Part shown: positions 53,001 to 64,000 of the stretch, in pieces | Numbering within the stretch: position 1 is the stretch's first letter | Layout: every line of letters begins with the position of its first letter | DNA from: Marsupella aquatica | Taxonomy: Eukaryota > Plantae > Marchantiophyta | Direction of reading: 5' to 3' | DNA length: 64,000 nucleotides | NCBI GenBank assembly: GCA_973895155.1 | Contig: OZ316899.1 | Location: 12,651,934 to 12,715,933, forward strand | The notes under the pieces: generated by a model | What the model was told of the DNA's origin: nothing | The model's database searches: none | What the model saw: the letters and a program-made list of their open reading frames with translations, nothing else | Translations under genes and position numbers: made by a program

Positions 53001-54028
53001 ATGCGGCAAAGTGAGAGAACGAATCTCTGTTGGACCAGGTCCAGCTCCTCAAGGCGGACAACGACAGACTTTGTAAGCAACGGGATGGCCGCTCCCACTC
53101 GGGCGGCTCTGGCAAGCGTGCCAGGCATTAGTGGCGGAGTAGGAATAGAATAGGGTTAGGAATAGCTAAATCAGGCTATGGGGACAAGAACCTGCCCTAG
53201 TTAGAGCAGCACCCCCATGCTGTCCAGTCTGCGTAGGTTAGGATCTTCTAATAAGACACAGTCATTTTTTGGCCTGACAGTCAGATTAGTTAGGACCTAA
53301 GTCAGCGAATCTTCGGGCGGGAGGACACTCCGTTCCTCGGCCCTTAGTATTTAGTGCACCCCTCGGTAGAGGCAGGGGGGTTTTTTTAGTCTCAGTATTG
53401 GACATCCGCGGTATGTGCGGGGAGTCCCGACCTCTGGGAGTGGAAGAGTACCAAGGGGAGGGTGTAAGACTAAGCTTGTTGGGCGAGTGCGGAGCCGGGC
53501 TCCGTTGTAGTGTACACCCTCGGCCTTGGACCTGTTCACTCGAGAGCATTCGGGTCAACTAAGTGTACACATATGTCTCTTATGGAGTAAAATCCCTTCC
53601 CGTTATTTCCTTCGTATAAATTGAGATTTTATGCTTGTGCGTATGTATGTGTGTGAATCTCGTGTATAGGTGCCAACGCTTGGCCAAACGCACTACCCAA
53701 GTAGTGCACGGGGTGCAGCTTGCGTGTACGTGGTTGCAAGCCCGGGTTGAGCACCCATACCACCAAAATCCGGATTGAAGGCGGACAATATGAAGGCTTA
53801 GAAGCCCTTAAGCCAGGGTTGATCCTGCTATCGATTGAGGTACGTTCCGGCAGCGGAACACAAATCATACCTAGGAGGTGTCCGTATATGACGATAGGTG
53901 CACTTAGCGCTATTTTATGTAAGTTGGGTGCATTTCGTGCCTCCCTCCCTGCCCAAACCCTCATTTTGACAAAGGATGTGCCTATTTAAGCCAAAGCCCG
54001 GAGTAAGGCCAAGGCTGACGACGTGACA
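50034..54028 (+). repeat. 3' LTR of element B (3,995 bp)
   Basis: colinear with 35257-39246. Confidence 0.95.
50500..53131 (+). pseudogene. LTR-B-embedded gene, 3' LTR copy
   Basis: Same protein as 35724-38347, with different private lesions. Confidence 0.85.
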
Positions 54029-54033
54029 GGAGG

Positions 54034-57000
54034 AATCTTCTTTAGCATTAACTATGTAGTAATGAAGCCGGTAAACCCTACGTCGTTCCGACTATTAATT
54101 GGCAGGCCATGGCTGTACCTAGCCAAAGTAATAGAGGATTGGGGTAAGAAGGAGTTCACCTTTGGGGCCCCATCTATCACGGTATCCTGGGACACCAAGG
54201 ATGACCGCAAGAAAAACATCAGGGAGATAGATGGGTACGACAGTGGACTGGAATCCGCCGATGAAGTACGTTGGCTAGAATGCCTCACTGACCTAACCGA
54301 AGAAAGTGTGTTTGGACCGGAAGTGCCCCCCAGCGGACTATGGCACGAACCTATGGAGAGTAACTTGGAGGAAGGTGAAGAAGAGACCGAGGATTGCTTT
54401 GCCATAGAGTCAACATTTTTAGCTTCAATTCCGGAGGAGACATAAGAGGCAGATCGGCTAGATGAAACGGCTAGGTGGGGAGCTACACCAGAGACAGTGG
54501 ATTTTCCTCGAGCGTTGTGGCAGAGCCGACAGGATCCACAACGCCGTCTATCATCGGCAACAAATTAAATACCAAGGGATCGACTTACAAGCCAATCACA
54601 AGGGCAGAAAAAATTGAGGCCCTGCTAGAAGCCGGAAGAGCACGACGGCCTGACCCTCAAGAAGTAGGAATAGATAAGATGCACGGGAAGAAACCAGAGC
54701 CGAGTCAGGAAGGGGAGCCGACAACCAATTCAAAACCAAGCATAACGGTAAGGGAACAGTCTGTTAATAACCAGGGAGAACCTAAGTCAACCAACTCGGC
54801 TAGTACTGCCGAGATTCCAATCTATGGAGGTATGAGACTGGAGACGCTGGAGCCGAGTTGGACCCAAATTTGAAGAAGCAGATTAATATGATCCAAGCAC
54901 GGCAATACCGGAAGCTAGACTTAGGAGAAGGAAGGGAACTGAACTTGGGGCGGGACCTAGCACCTGAGCTTGAGAAAGAGATCAGTGAATTACTAATTGA
55001 ATTTCAGGATGTGTTCGCATGGAGTCACCAAGATCTGAAGGGAGTAGACCCAAAACTAGGAGAACACCGAATTGATCTCATGTTAGCGGCCAAATCATTT
55101 CGACAACCGATTCGAAGGATGAACCCTAAGTATTCTCTGATGGTCAAGGCTGAAATCGATAAACTAGTGGAAGCCGGATTCATCACTCCAGTCCTGCATT
55201 CTGATTGGGTGTCTCCAATTGTGATAGTTCCCAAGAAAGCTGGACCCGATGGTAAACCAAAGATCCGGGTTTGTCAGGATTACAGGAAGTTGAATGAGGC
55301 TACGTTAAAAGACCATTTTCCCTTACCCTTTACTGATATGGTACTAGACATGGTAGCCAGTCATGAACTATACTCATTCATGGATGGATACTCTGGTTAT
55401 AACCAAATCAGGATTAGGCAGGAGGACCAAATCAAGACAGCCTTCATCACGGAATGGGGGATCTATGTCTTCAATCGTATGCCGTTTGGACTCTGTAACG
55501 CACCAGCTATGTTCCAACGATTGATGGTGAACATTTTTCATGACTACTTGAGAAAATTCATGGAAATCTTCATTGATGACTTTGAAGTATTTGGGAAGGC
55601 ATCAAAACATGCTAAATACCTCAGGAAAACCTTCATGAGATGCAGAGAGGTAGGCCTCAAGTTACACCCAGATAAATGTTTCTTTGGCGTAACAGAGGGT
55701 GTGCTACTAGGTCACAAGGTATCAAAAAAGGGCATTGAGATTGATAAGGGTAAACTAGCAATGTGGCTAGATATCATGCAACCTAAGAACATAAAGGATG
55801 TGAGATCCTTCTTGGGTTGCATTGGTTATTATCGCCGGTTCATCAAGGATTTTGCCAAGCTAGCTTTACCATTAACCAACATGCTCAAGGCAGGTGCAGA
55901 CTTCGAACCCACACCAGAACGAGTAACAACAGTAGTAGAATTGAAGCAAATGTTAGTAGAGGCCCCAGTCATGATAGCACCAGACTGGAACAAGGATTTT
56001 CATGTCTTTGTAGATGTCTCAGGCTTCTGTATCGGCTCAGTACTAAGTCAGTTAGATGAGAAAGGAAGGAACCATCCTATATACTTTGCAAGCCGCCAGC
56101 TTGCCGATGCCGAACAAAACTACTCCACCACAGAAAGAGAAGCATTAGGAGTCATTTATTCCTGTAAAAAGTTTAGGCATTATCTGCTAGGGTACAAGGT
56201 AATCTTTCATACTGATCATGAAAGTTTAAAGTACCTAGTAAATAAGCCGGACCTTACAGGCAGGGTAGCAAGATGGATTTTGCTATTACAAGAGTTTGAC
56301 TACGAGCTAAAAATCAAGCCGGGAAAGTTACACGCCAATGCCGACTTCTTTTCAAGGATCATAGATGAACCTGCCATGGATTGCATCGATGATCGATTTC
56401 CCGACGAGGAGCTATTTGTTGTGGAAATAGCTGATACATGGTACCCTGAGATTTTACAATTTCTCAGCACTTCCAGATTACAGCCCGGACTAAGACGAGA
56501 GCAAGCCGCAGTCTTTTTGCGGAAGGTCAGACAGTATGAGTGCATCAAGGGCGTGCTACACAGGCATGGAATCAGCGGCACGATTCAAAGGTGTTTGGAG
56601 GAGGGAGAGGTAAAACGAGTCTTACGAGCTATGCATGGGGAGGAGGCCGGGGGACATTTCGCTCCAGTAACCACTTCTAAAAAGATATTAAATGCCGGTT
56701 ACTGGTGGCCCACCTTGCACAAAGATGTCTATAAGTTTATCAAACAATGCGATCCTTGTCAACGAGTAGGAGGACCAAGGGCATCCACAAGACATCCACT
56801 GCACCCTATTCTACCTCTGGCACCATTTGAGAAGTGGGGTATTGATTACATCGGACCCCTGAAACCATTGACCCATCCTCGAAGAAACAAGTACATAATC
56901 TTGGCCACAGATTATGCAACTAAGTGGGTAGAGGCCAGGCCGACAACGAAGGATGATGCAATTACTACGGCTCGATTCATGTATGAGCAGATCTTCACCA

Positions 57001-57749
57001 GGTATGGTGCACCCTTAGAATTAGTTAGTGATAGAGGAACCCATTTTCTGAATGATATAATTAGTCGTTTAAATGAGCAGTATTTAGTTAGAGATAGGCC
57101 TACTACTCCCTATCACCCAAAGGCAAACGGGTTGACCGAACGAGCCAATGGAATTATAGGAAAAATATTAAACAAAATTGTAGCCCAGAACAAACTCGAT
57201 TGGGATGATAAATTGTTTGCTGCTCTTTTTGCTTACAATTTAGCCTATAAATCCACTACCGGTCATACACCTTTTTTCTTAACCTTTGGACAGGAAGCCT
57301 TGGTACCCATGCAACTTGAGATCCCTACATTTCAAGTTACAATTGAGGAGAGAACCTCATAGTAAGAAAGCCTAAAGGAGCAAGAATATAGGTTAGAAGC
57401 TTTAGAGGAGGCAAGAATGATTTCAGCCGAGAGAGTAGAATATAGACAGAATACCATGAAGCAACGGTATGATAAAAGGTTGAAACTAGTTAGTATTCAC
57501 ATAGGAGATCTTGTATTACTTTATGACAGTAGGTATAGTAGGTTTCCGGGGAAACTTTACACTCGCTGGTTAGGACCTTTCAGGGTATCAATGAAGTTCT
57601 CTAATGGCTCTGTGCAATTGGCCAACATAACTGGAGAGGTGTACCCAGTTCACATCCATTACGACCGCCTCAAGAAATACTATATGGACGAAGATGAAGT
57701 TGTTCGCGAGGACGCTTCACAATTAAGTGGGGAGCTATGTGATGCCTAG
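54034..57749 (+). pseudogene. element A pol (protease C-half, RT, RNaseH, integrase with GPF motif; no chromodomain)
   Basis: LLIGRPWL; 834-aa frame with DYRKLN, FMDGYSGYNQI, FIDDF, RNaseH, HHCC and DDE motifs; the frame terminates inside the 3' LTR. Confidence 0.95.
57725..57737 (+). other. atypical PPT of element A
   Basis: AAGTGGGGAGCTA before the LTR TG. Confidence 0.6.
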
Positions 57750-60700
57750 CCAGGAATCACTAGGCCGGTTTACATGGTAAAAGTAGGAATGTACCCTGGA
57801 AACACCTAAGTATAGTAACAAGACAAGGAAAATATCAACAATTAAGGGTGACTATGGAACCCAGGCCGAGGCCGGAAGTAAGGACGCCAGGGGAGAGAAC
57901 ACGATTAGGGTTAGGGCGCGCTAAGCATCGGCGGCTAGGGGTGACCAACGGGAGGGAAGACCAGAGGAGGAGAGGGGTAAGGACCGCTCGCGAGGAATGG
58001 TGGCTCATTTGCAAGCACAAACTGGGCAGACGACTACGGGAGGCCAGATACTGTCAGCTGCTTAGGCAAGCACTCTGGGTGGGAACAGATACCAACGATC
58101 AAGTCAATGAGGGTATGAGCAACGTCAATCAAGCGGCACATTTTTGAGGATGCCTGTTCGAACGGGCAACTGAGTACATTGGGACTTACGAGGATGAAGA
58201 ATCGGAGAGAGCAGCTCGAGAATGACTGTGGGAGCTGCAGAAGTCTGCCTTCTTAGGAGGAGAACTCATCAAGGTCGAGTTCTTGTGGACTCCTACTGCC
58301 AATCAGCTTGATGACCTTTTGTTTTGCGAAGATAGAATCGTCGGCATTCGGGAAGCCATCAACCGCTGCAACGACGTGCACTGGGAGTTGAAGGGTAGCA
58401 CGGAGGGGTGGACAAAGGCAACTGTGCTAGGAGAAACATCCACGGCAGCCGAGATGAAGAGGAAAGGAAACAACAACGAAGAGGCCACCTCGGCAAAAAG
58501 AACGAGGTCGGCGGCACCAAGGAAGCCAGCAGAGCAGCAGAGCAGGAGGCAGGGAGAAGCCGAAGAGGAGGAGGTTGATCCCATCAATGCCATTCCAACA
58601 AAGGATGACACCTGGAAAGGCTGGGCGGCGACCCTACCAGAGGAAGTGCAATTACATTTTGCACGGGAGGAGGATGCATGCTTTACGGCCATGCAGACCA
58701 AGAAGTATCAGGGCTTCATGGCTGGATTCGGCTTGGAAACCTTCGTAAGATTACCATGGCTGAAGCTGGAGGTGCCGGACTTAGACTTATTAGAATTCGT
58801 GGGATCATGGGAACCCGAGACCAATTCCACGAGGGTGTATGGGAAGGATTTCTATCTCACTCCCCAGGTGATTGCCGAGGTGTTTGGCTTGCCGATGGGT
58901 AATAAGACCAAGGTTGATACCAGGAAGACCTTACCTGACAAGGAGTTCCGGTCGTTCCCAGGACCATCAACAAAGAATGGCTTCTTCCGGAACACCTGCA
59001 CCAACCCGCACATCGGAGAGATGATCGATTTCTTGCGGGTGACCATGCATTGTAACGTGCCAAGGGCAAAGATCGGCAAGGCTCAGGTCTACCTGGCAAA
59101 AAGGCCAAACCCAAGCCGGGATTACAATGGGTACCTCCTCAACCAATTGAAGAAGATCTTGAAGGAGGAACAGCAGGCGATCGGCGTGGGAAGCGTGTCC
59201 CGGCTTGGCTATCACATGCCGCTGTTGTGCCGGTATGCCAGAAGTCAAATCTTTTCCCCAGTACTTCCCCTATCGGCAAGGGCATCGGAGGAGGTTCCGA
59301 AGCAGAGGCCGGCAACAGAAGAGCCCAACCAGCCTGCCAGTCCTACGATCGAGCAGGTGTTTCGGCCAAGGAAAGAAGACTTGTCGATGCAGCAATCAGG
59401 CATGCAGAATCTGCTGAAAATGCTGGAGAAGGAGAGAACGGCACCAGCAACGGCAACGACACCAATACAGGACACTGCCATAGAGGCCGGCCTAAGCCGA
59501 CTCAGGAGGGAAAACCCCTTTACCGGAGCCAAGGAGAGAAGGAGGCCGGAACACAAGCCGGGAGTGTGAATGTATGTGGGAGCCTCAAGCCCCGAATCGG
59601 AGGCAGAGCAGCCTAAGGCTCCTTCCCGCGAGCAAAGGGGGAGGACAGCCTGGAACCCAGAGGAGGAACAAGAGCCCGTGGTCTGTGAAGCCGTTTTCAC
59701 GGCAGGACCAGGGGAACAGAGGGGGAAGCAGGGAGTCCAAGCAGTGGAGGAGGCGGTGGAGGACTACAGCAATGATAACTCCAGCTATTGGTGGGATCAT
59801 CATGTTCTAGGAGTAAGGACCTGTGGCTGATTTATCCCCACGCTTCCAAGAGTAGTTCGAGGGGACCCCACCCAGCACAGTAGCCCCGAGTCTCCCCCAC
59901 CAGAGGTTGCTCCCCCGAGCTTTGACGGCATAAAGCAGACGGCACAAGATTTTTAGGAGCGACTCAGGGAGAAAGATTTACGAGGAGGAGATTGGCCGGA
60001 GGACATCAGGCGGCTTGCCAAAAAAAGAAGCAATCCTCTTGCCACCGTAGAAGAAATCCGCAAGGCAGCTTGGGAACAGAGGCCGAGGTGGTTGATGCCG
60101 ATGACTTCTACTTACTCCACCTATGCTAAAGATAGAGCCATGGAGTACGGGGAGATGTGTGGGGACCTGGCGCTCAGCATCTTTGGGGAGGAGTTGGAGC
60201 AGGGACCTTTCTACCAGAGGGAGAGGTTGGAGAAGCACCGATTAGAAGAAGCGGTGGCTTTGGAGAGAAGCAAGAAGGACGAGGTCATCCGATGGCTTAG
60301 GGAGAAGGAAGCCGAGGTGGAAGTCCTGCAGGCGGCCAAGAAAGCCCAAGATGAGTGGATTAAGCGACATGAGCTAAACATCATGCAAGGGCAGTTGGAT
60401 ACCGCTCAATCTGACAATCAGATTATCAAAGATAAACTGACTCGGACCCAAGGAGAGTTGGCCGGCGCAGTCAAGGAAAGAGAGAAATGGAAGCGAGAGC
60501 TAAGGGACGTAGAGGAGGCCCACTTAGCAACCAACAATCGGGCCATGACGGAGAACCAGAGAAGGGAAAGGGCATTAAAGGGGGAACTCGAGGATATCCG
60601 CGGAGCCCTTGAGCAAAAGGAGGCCGAGTTAGGGAAATCCTATCAAGGGATTATTGCGCTGCAGCAGGAGCTTGCGTCCCTGACGGCCAGCTTCAAGGCC

Positions 60701-62406
60701 GACCTCCATGAGAAAGACGACCAGCTCGACCAGACTTATGCCAAGATGAATAAGATGGAGTCTGAGGTCATAGAAGAGCTCGACAAGGAGCTAAGAGCAA
60801 CCCAGGAGGAGAGGGCTACCTTAAAGAAAGAATTGGAGGAAGCCAAAAAGGAGCTGGAGGAGGCGCGCAAGGACCTGGACGAGACCCAGGAGGAGTTGGA
60901 GAAAATCACAAGGAAGATGGAGAACCTATAGCGGCGGGCCGACAACCAAACGGAGCGGCTGAAGAAACAAGCCGCAGTATTTAAATGCTTGGCTTCATCA
61001 GGTCCAACTCCAATTGAGGCAACCCAGTTACCAGGGGTAGTATTGGCCGAAGGACAAGCCGAGACACTCACCCCGGTGCCGGAGGTAAGTGGCAAGGGGA
61101 AGGAACCTACTGTCAAAATAGGGAAGAAGAAGAAGCGGAAACCTTCTGGGTCTGGGAGTTATACGGCTTCTCAAGCCGTTGTGACCGAGAAGATAAACCC
61201 GGCACCAACCTCCGGCATCGACACGGCAGTGGATCCACCAGTCCTAAGAAGTGGGGATGGCAAGGCCGAGGTCGGGACAACCAGTAATGAAGCTGAGGTA
61301 CCAGATCCTCCACTGGAACATGTCGGGGAGGCCATGGCCAATGCTGAGACCGAAGCCGAAGGTGGACCCAGTCAGGCCAATGAAGAGTTGACTCGGTCCG
61401 GGGTAGGTAATCTGTCAGAGGACGGACCAACGGCAGTGGCTGCGGAGGAAGCGTTGGGGGCGTCCATTGAGGACCAGCCACCGGGGTCGTGACGGTGTAA
61501 GGGAGCCATCCCTTTTAGGGAGGGTGGACGTGGAGGTAGGAGGCGTGAGTGGGCAGGGCGGGCGCTGATCTCCAAGTTTAGACTAAGGATCAGGACCAGG
61601 AGACGGCCCTGATACTTAGATTAGTGGGATTGCGGATCCACGAGTAAGGGCGACACTTGTGCTCCTGCCTCACTGTACATAGGTAGATTATAGTTAGGTA
61701 GATTACAGATAAGTAGATTAGGCTTACGCTACAAGGAATCAGGCGGATCCACAACCAGGATAAGTACCTGGGCTGCGGGGAGTTCAGGGCCTCTTCTTTA
61801 GCAAGTTTTTAGTTGCACCAGTAGGGCTGGGATCAAGTAGTAAGAGAAGCTCTCGGTTAGTTATACAGTGACCCTTGTGTATATTCATGTTTCCTCATGC
61901 CTAAGAACTGAATAGAGTTGGCCTCACGGCTTAGTTCGCAGAGCTTGTGTATGAGATGTACTGTTTGTATGGCAAGTGCATGGTATAACTCAGTCAGAAG
62001 GAGTCATTTTGCTATTTGTGTGTCGCATTAACTTGTGTGAAGAGTGTCCACATCAATGAAGGGAAGTAGCAAGGGAGTGAGAGTTGGATGTGTCGAGTTG
62101 AGAGAGGTCTTAGCGGCTTAACCAAGCCAATTGGGGATCATTCCGGCGGCGGAATCCAAACATACCTAATGGAAGACCAGGAGAGGAATACAAGGGAGGG
62201 CCTAGAATAGGCCGGCTAAGTATCTCATGACCCGATGAAGGATCTGTCCAGTATATGTGTGTAAAATGTTAATAGTAGTAGTAGAGGTGATTAGCAGCGT
62301 CCCATGCCGCTAAGCCACGGAAACGGCATCGTCGAGGATGAAACCTGCGGGAATCGGCTTGTGCAGGGGGGTTTCTTGGGTTTGGGGAGCCATGGGACGC
62401 ACCACA
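57738..62406 (+). repeat. 3' LTR of element A (4,669 bp)
   Basis: colinear with the 5' LTR; followed by the TSD. Confidence 0.95.
57854..61492 (+). pseudogene. LTR-A-embedded gene, 3' LTR copy
   Basis: ORFs 57848-58147, 58283-59569, 59570-59830, 60092-60931 and 60989-61492 are colinear pieces of one protein. Confidence 0.85.
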
Positions 62407-62699
62407 GGAATGTTCCCAACTGCTGGTTCCGGAGCGACACGTCTGACATTAAGCATGTAACTAAGCCCGACATTCATATGCCAAAAGCGTACTCCCTCAT
62501 CTACATTGAATGCCGCAGCCCGTTGAAGTTCTCCACTCGTCGATTCCTACGGAACAATGGACTCAATATCATTCATCCTCAAATCAAATCTCCCGCAATG
62601 GTAGGTTTCACTAACTTGCTTGTAAGCATCACAAACTTGCACGGGGATCTGGACGATGTCTCCAATACAAGCACGTGTAATTACAATTGAGCGAGACAT
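62407..62699 (-). pseudogene. N-terminal part of the MuDR-like transposase
   Basis: MSRSIV...PAVGNIP reads in frame across the GGAAT TSD into VVVVDISDSED...LQYKVP of ORF 24156-24968 (one internal TAG). Confidence 0.7.
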
Positions 62700-62931
62700 T
62701 GTGGAGAAAATAAAGGAATCAACAAAGTGAATTCCTCCCAAATGGAATGCTTATACTAATGCGTGAAGACAACTGACCGTTATAAAAGTCGTTTGAATAC
62801 GACATAGAATTGTGTTTGTTGAAATCATAAATGTAGAGTTTGTCCTTTTTTCCCCAGTAAGTGCGGGTGTCAGGGATATTTATTTTGTCAAAATGAACAC
62901 ATATAGGCCAAGATAATTCACATGATTTTAG

Positions 62932-63321
62932 CAGCGCCTGGCGCTACCAAAAATTCCAGGATTTATGAGGTTAGAATTCAGTCACACACCAGACTAGCGT
63001 CGGGGGCTAGCATTACAGTGGACACCAATAAGTCTACTTTTTTGTATCTAAAAATGCAATATCGCCCAAATTTAAGCACCATTCAGGGATATATGTACTA
63101 GCGTCGGGCGCTAGTATTGGTACACCATATTTAAGGACCAAATGTGAACAAAATCAAACTTCCTACGTCCTAAAGTTCTTCATTTTCAAAAATTTCACAT
63201 AAACTGGGACCAAAAACAGAATGGTGAATAGACTACGGAATGGGTGGCGCCTGGCGCTATCTATTGAACACATTAAACTTTATGACCAATGTGGGTACAG
63301 TTTGACTAGCGCCCGGCGCTA
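62932..63321. repeat. cluster of 15-bp palindromes TAGCGCCNGGCGCTA (5 copies)
   Basis: Copies at 62932, 62995, 63099, 63245 and 63307; related copies at 21474, 21586, 23265 and 23368. Confidence 0.8.
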
Positions 63322-63508
63322 GCAATGCATTACCAAGTTTTAGTAGTCTGGTCAACGGTAATATTTAACGGTAACTACGGTTAGCGTGATCTTCACAAAA
63401 ACAGTTTAGCGGATTTTATATTAGTATCTATCACAGTTCTTAGATTGCCGCTTTGTTTTAACGATCATTAATACCCAATTTCATCGTAACGTCTCTTAAA
63501 TAGATTAC

Positions 63509-64000
63509 ATGGAGGGAGATAGCACTGATCAATCGGGTATAATACTCCATCAACTATTAATTTGGCACGGAGATTCAGTACTCGATCGTGAGAATTGTAG
63601 TGTACGACCGTTCATACAACACTCATCGCGGGAGACGATGGATGCAGTCCCCTCCTTGTCGAGGGGGTATAGTGTTGTTGGGGATCGTGATCGTGGCTAT
63701 TGCGAGTCTTCTGAGTCTTCATTTTCAGGTTTGGTGTATACACGTTGAGTGACAAGGTCAAGCGCATCGCTTGTTCCCATCTCAAGTAATTCATTTCCAA
63801 AGCCGACGCAAAAAAAGATGGAGAATGTTGACACATTTGCAATCGGAGATGTCTCGTTCTCGGAGACCGACCTTATTTCAAAACATGTCATGTTCTTTGG
63901 GAAGGATTTCCGAGGGTTTAACAAAGAGCCTCCTAGGATTCCGCTATGTCGGTTGGTGCACATGGAGGTCGTCCGCACTTTGCAGAAAGATAGCTCCTCC
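63509..64000 (+). pseudogene. divergent second ORF, probably of the MuDR-like element; runs off the window
   Basis: Frame continues past a single TGA (63746-63748) to ...PPRIPLCRLVHMEVVRTLQKDSS. Confidence 0.4.

Larger units (their letters stand above)
35257..54028 (+). mobile_element. Ty3/gypsy element B (related family, ~4.0-kb LTRs) nested in the protease of A
   Basis: TG...CA ends, TSD GGAGG (35252-35256 and 54029-54033), paired LTRs, PBS, gag-pol. Confidence 0.95.
25032..62406 (+). mobile_element. Ty3/gypsy element A (Athila-like non-chromovirus) with ~4.7-kb LTRs; contains three nested insertions
   Basis: TG...CA ends, TSD GGAAT (25027-25031 and 62407-62411), paired LTRs, PBS, gag-PR-RT-RH-INT, PPT-like tract. 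Confidence 0.95.

Noticed and set aside
25032-62406. Large repeats as segmental duplications or assembly artefacts
   Set aside because: Each has TG..CA ends, a TSD and PBS/PPT context, and the copies carry independent mutations.

Overview
This is eukaryotic (plant) DNA made almost entirely of nested transposons, with no intact host gene. A non-seed land plant is likely, inferred from an Iota-like GST fragment and the TE types. From left to right: (1) the 3' half of a Ty1/copia (Bianca-like) element with a 197-bp LTR; (2) a decayed minus-strand Ty3/gypsy element lacking RT and RNaseH; (3) a patch of host-gene fragments (three MAF1 exons plus an opposite-strand GST fragment); (4) a complete 10.6-kb EnSpm/CACTA-type element with CACAA termini and an ACA target-site duplication (TSD), carrying a SET-domain gene; (5) a MuDR-like SWIM transposase gene split by a 37.4-kb nest of Athila-like gypsy elements. 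The main finding is in that nest. Two related gypsy families (A and B) have giant LTRs (~4.7 kb and ~4.0 kb), and each LTR contains a long sense-strand gene (~1130-1220 aa and ~875 aa) with a shared conserved core domain followed by a coiled coil. A solo LTR of family A still carries a nearly intact copy of that gene. All domain and lineage calls come from motif recognition by eye, not from database searches.
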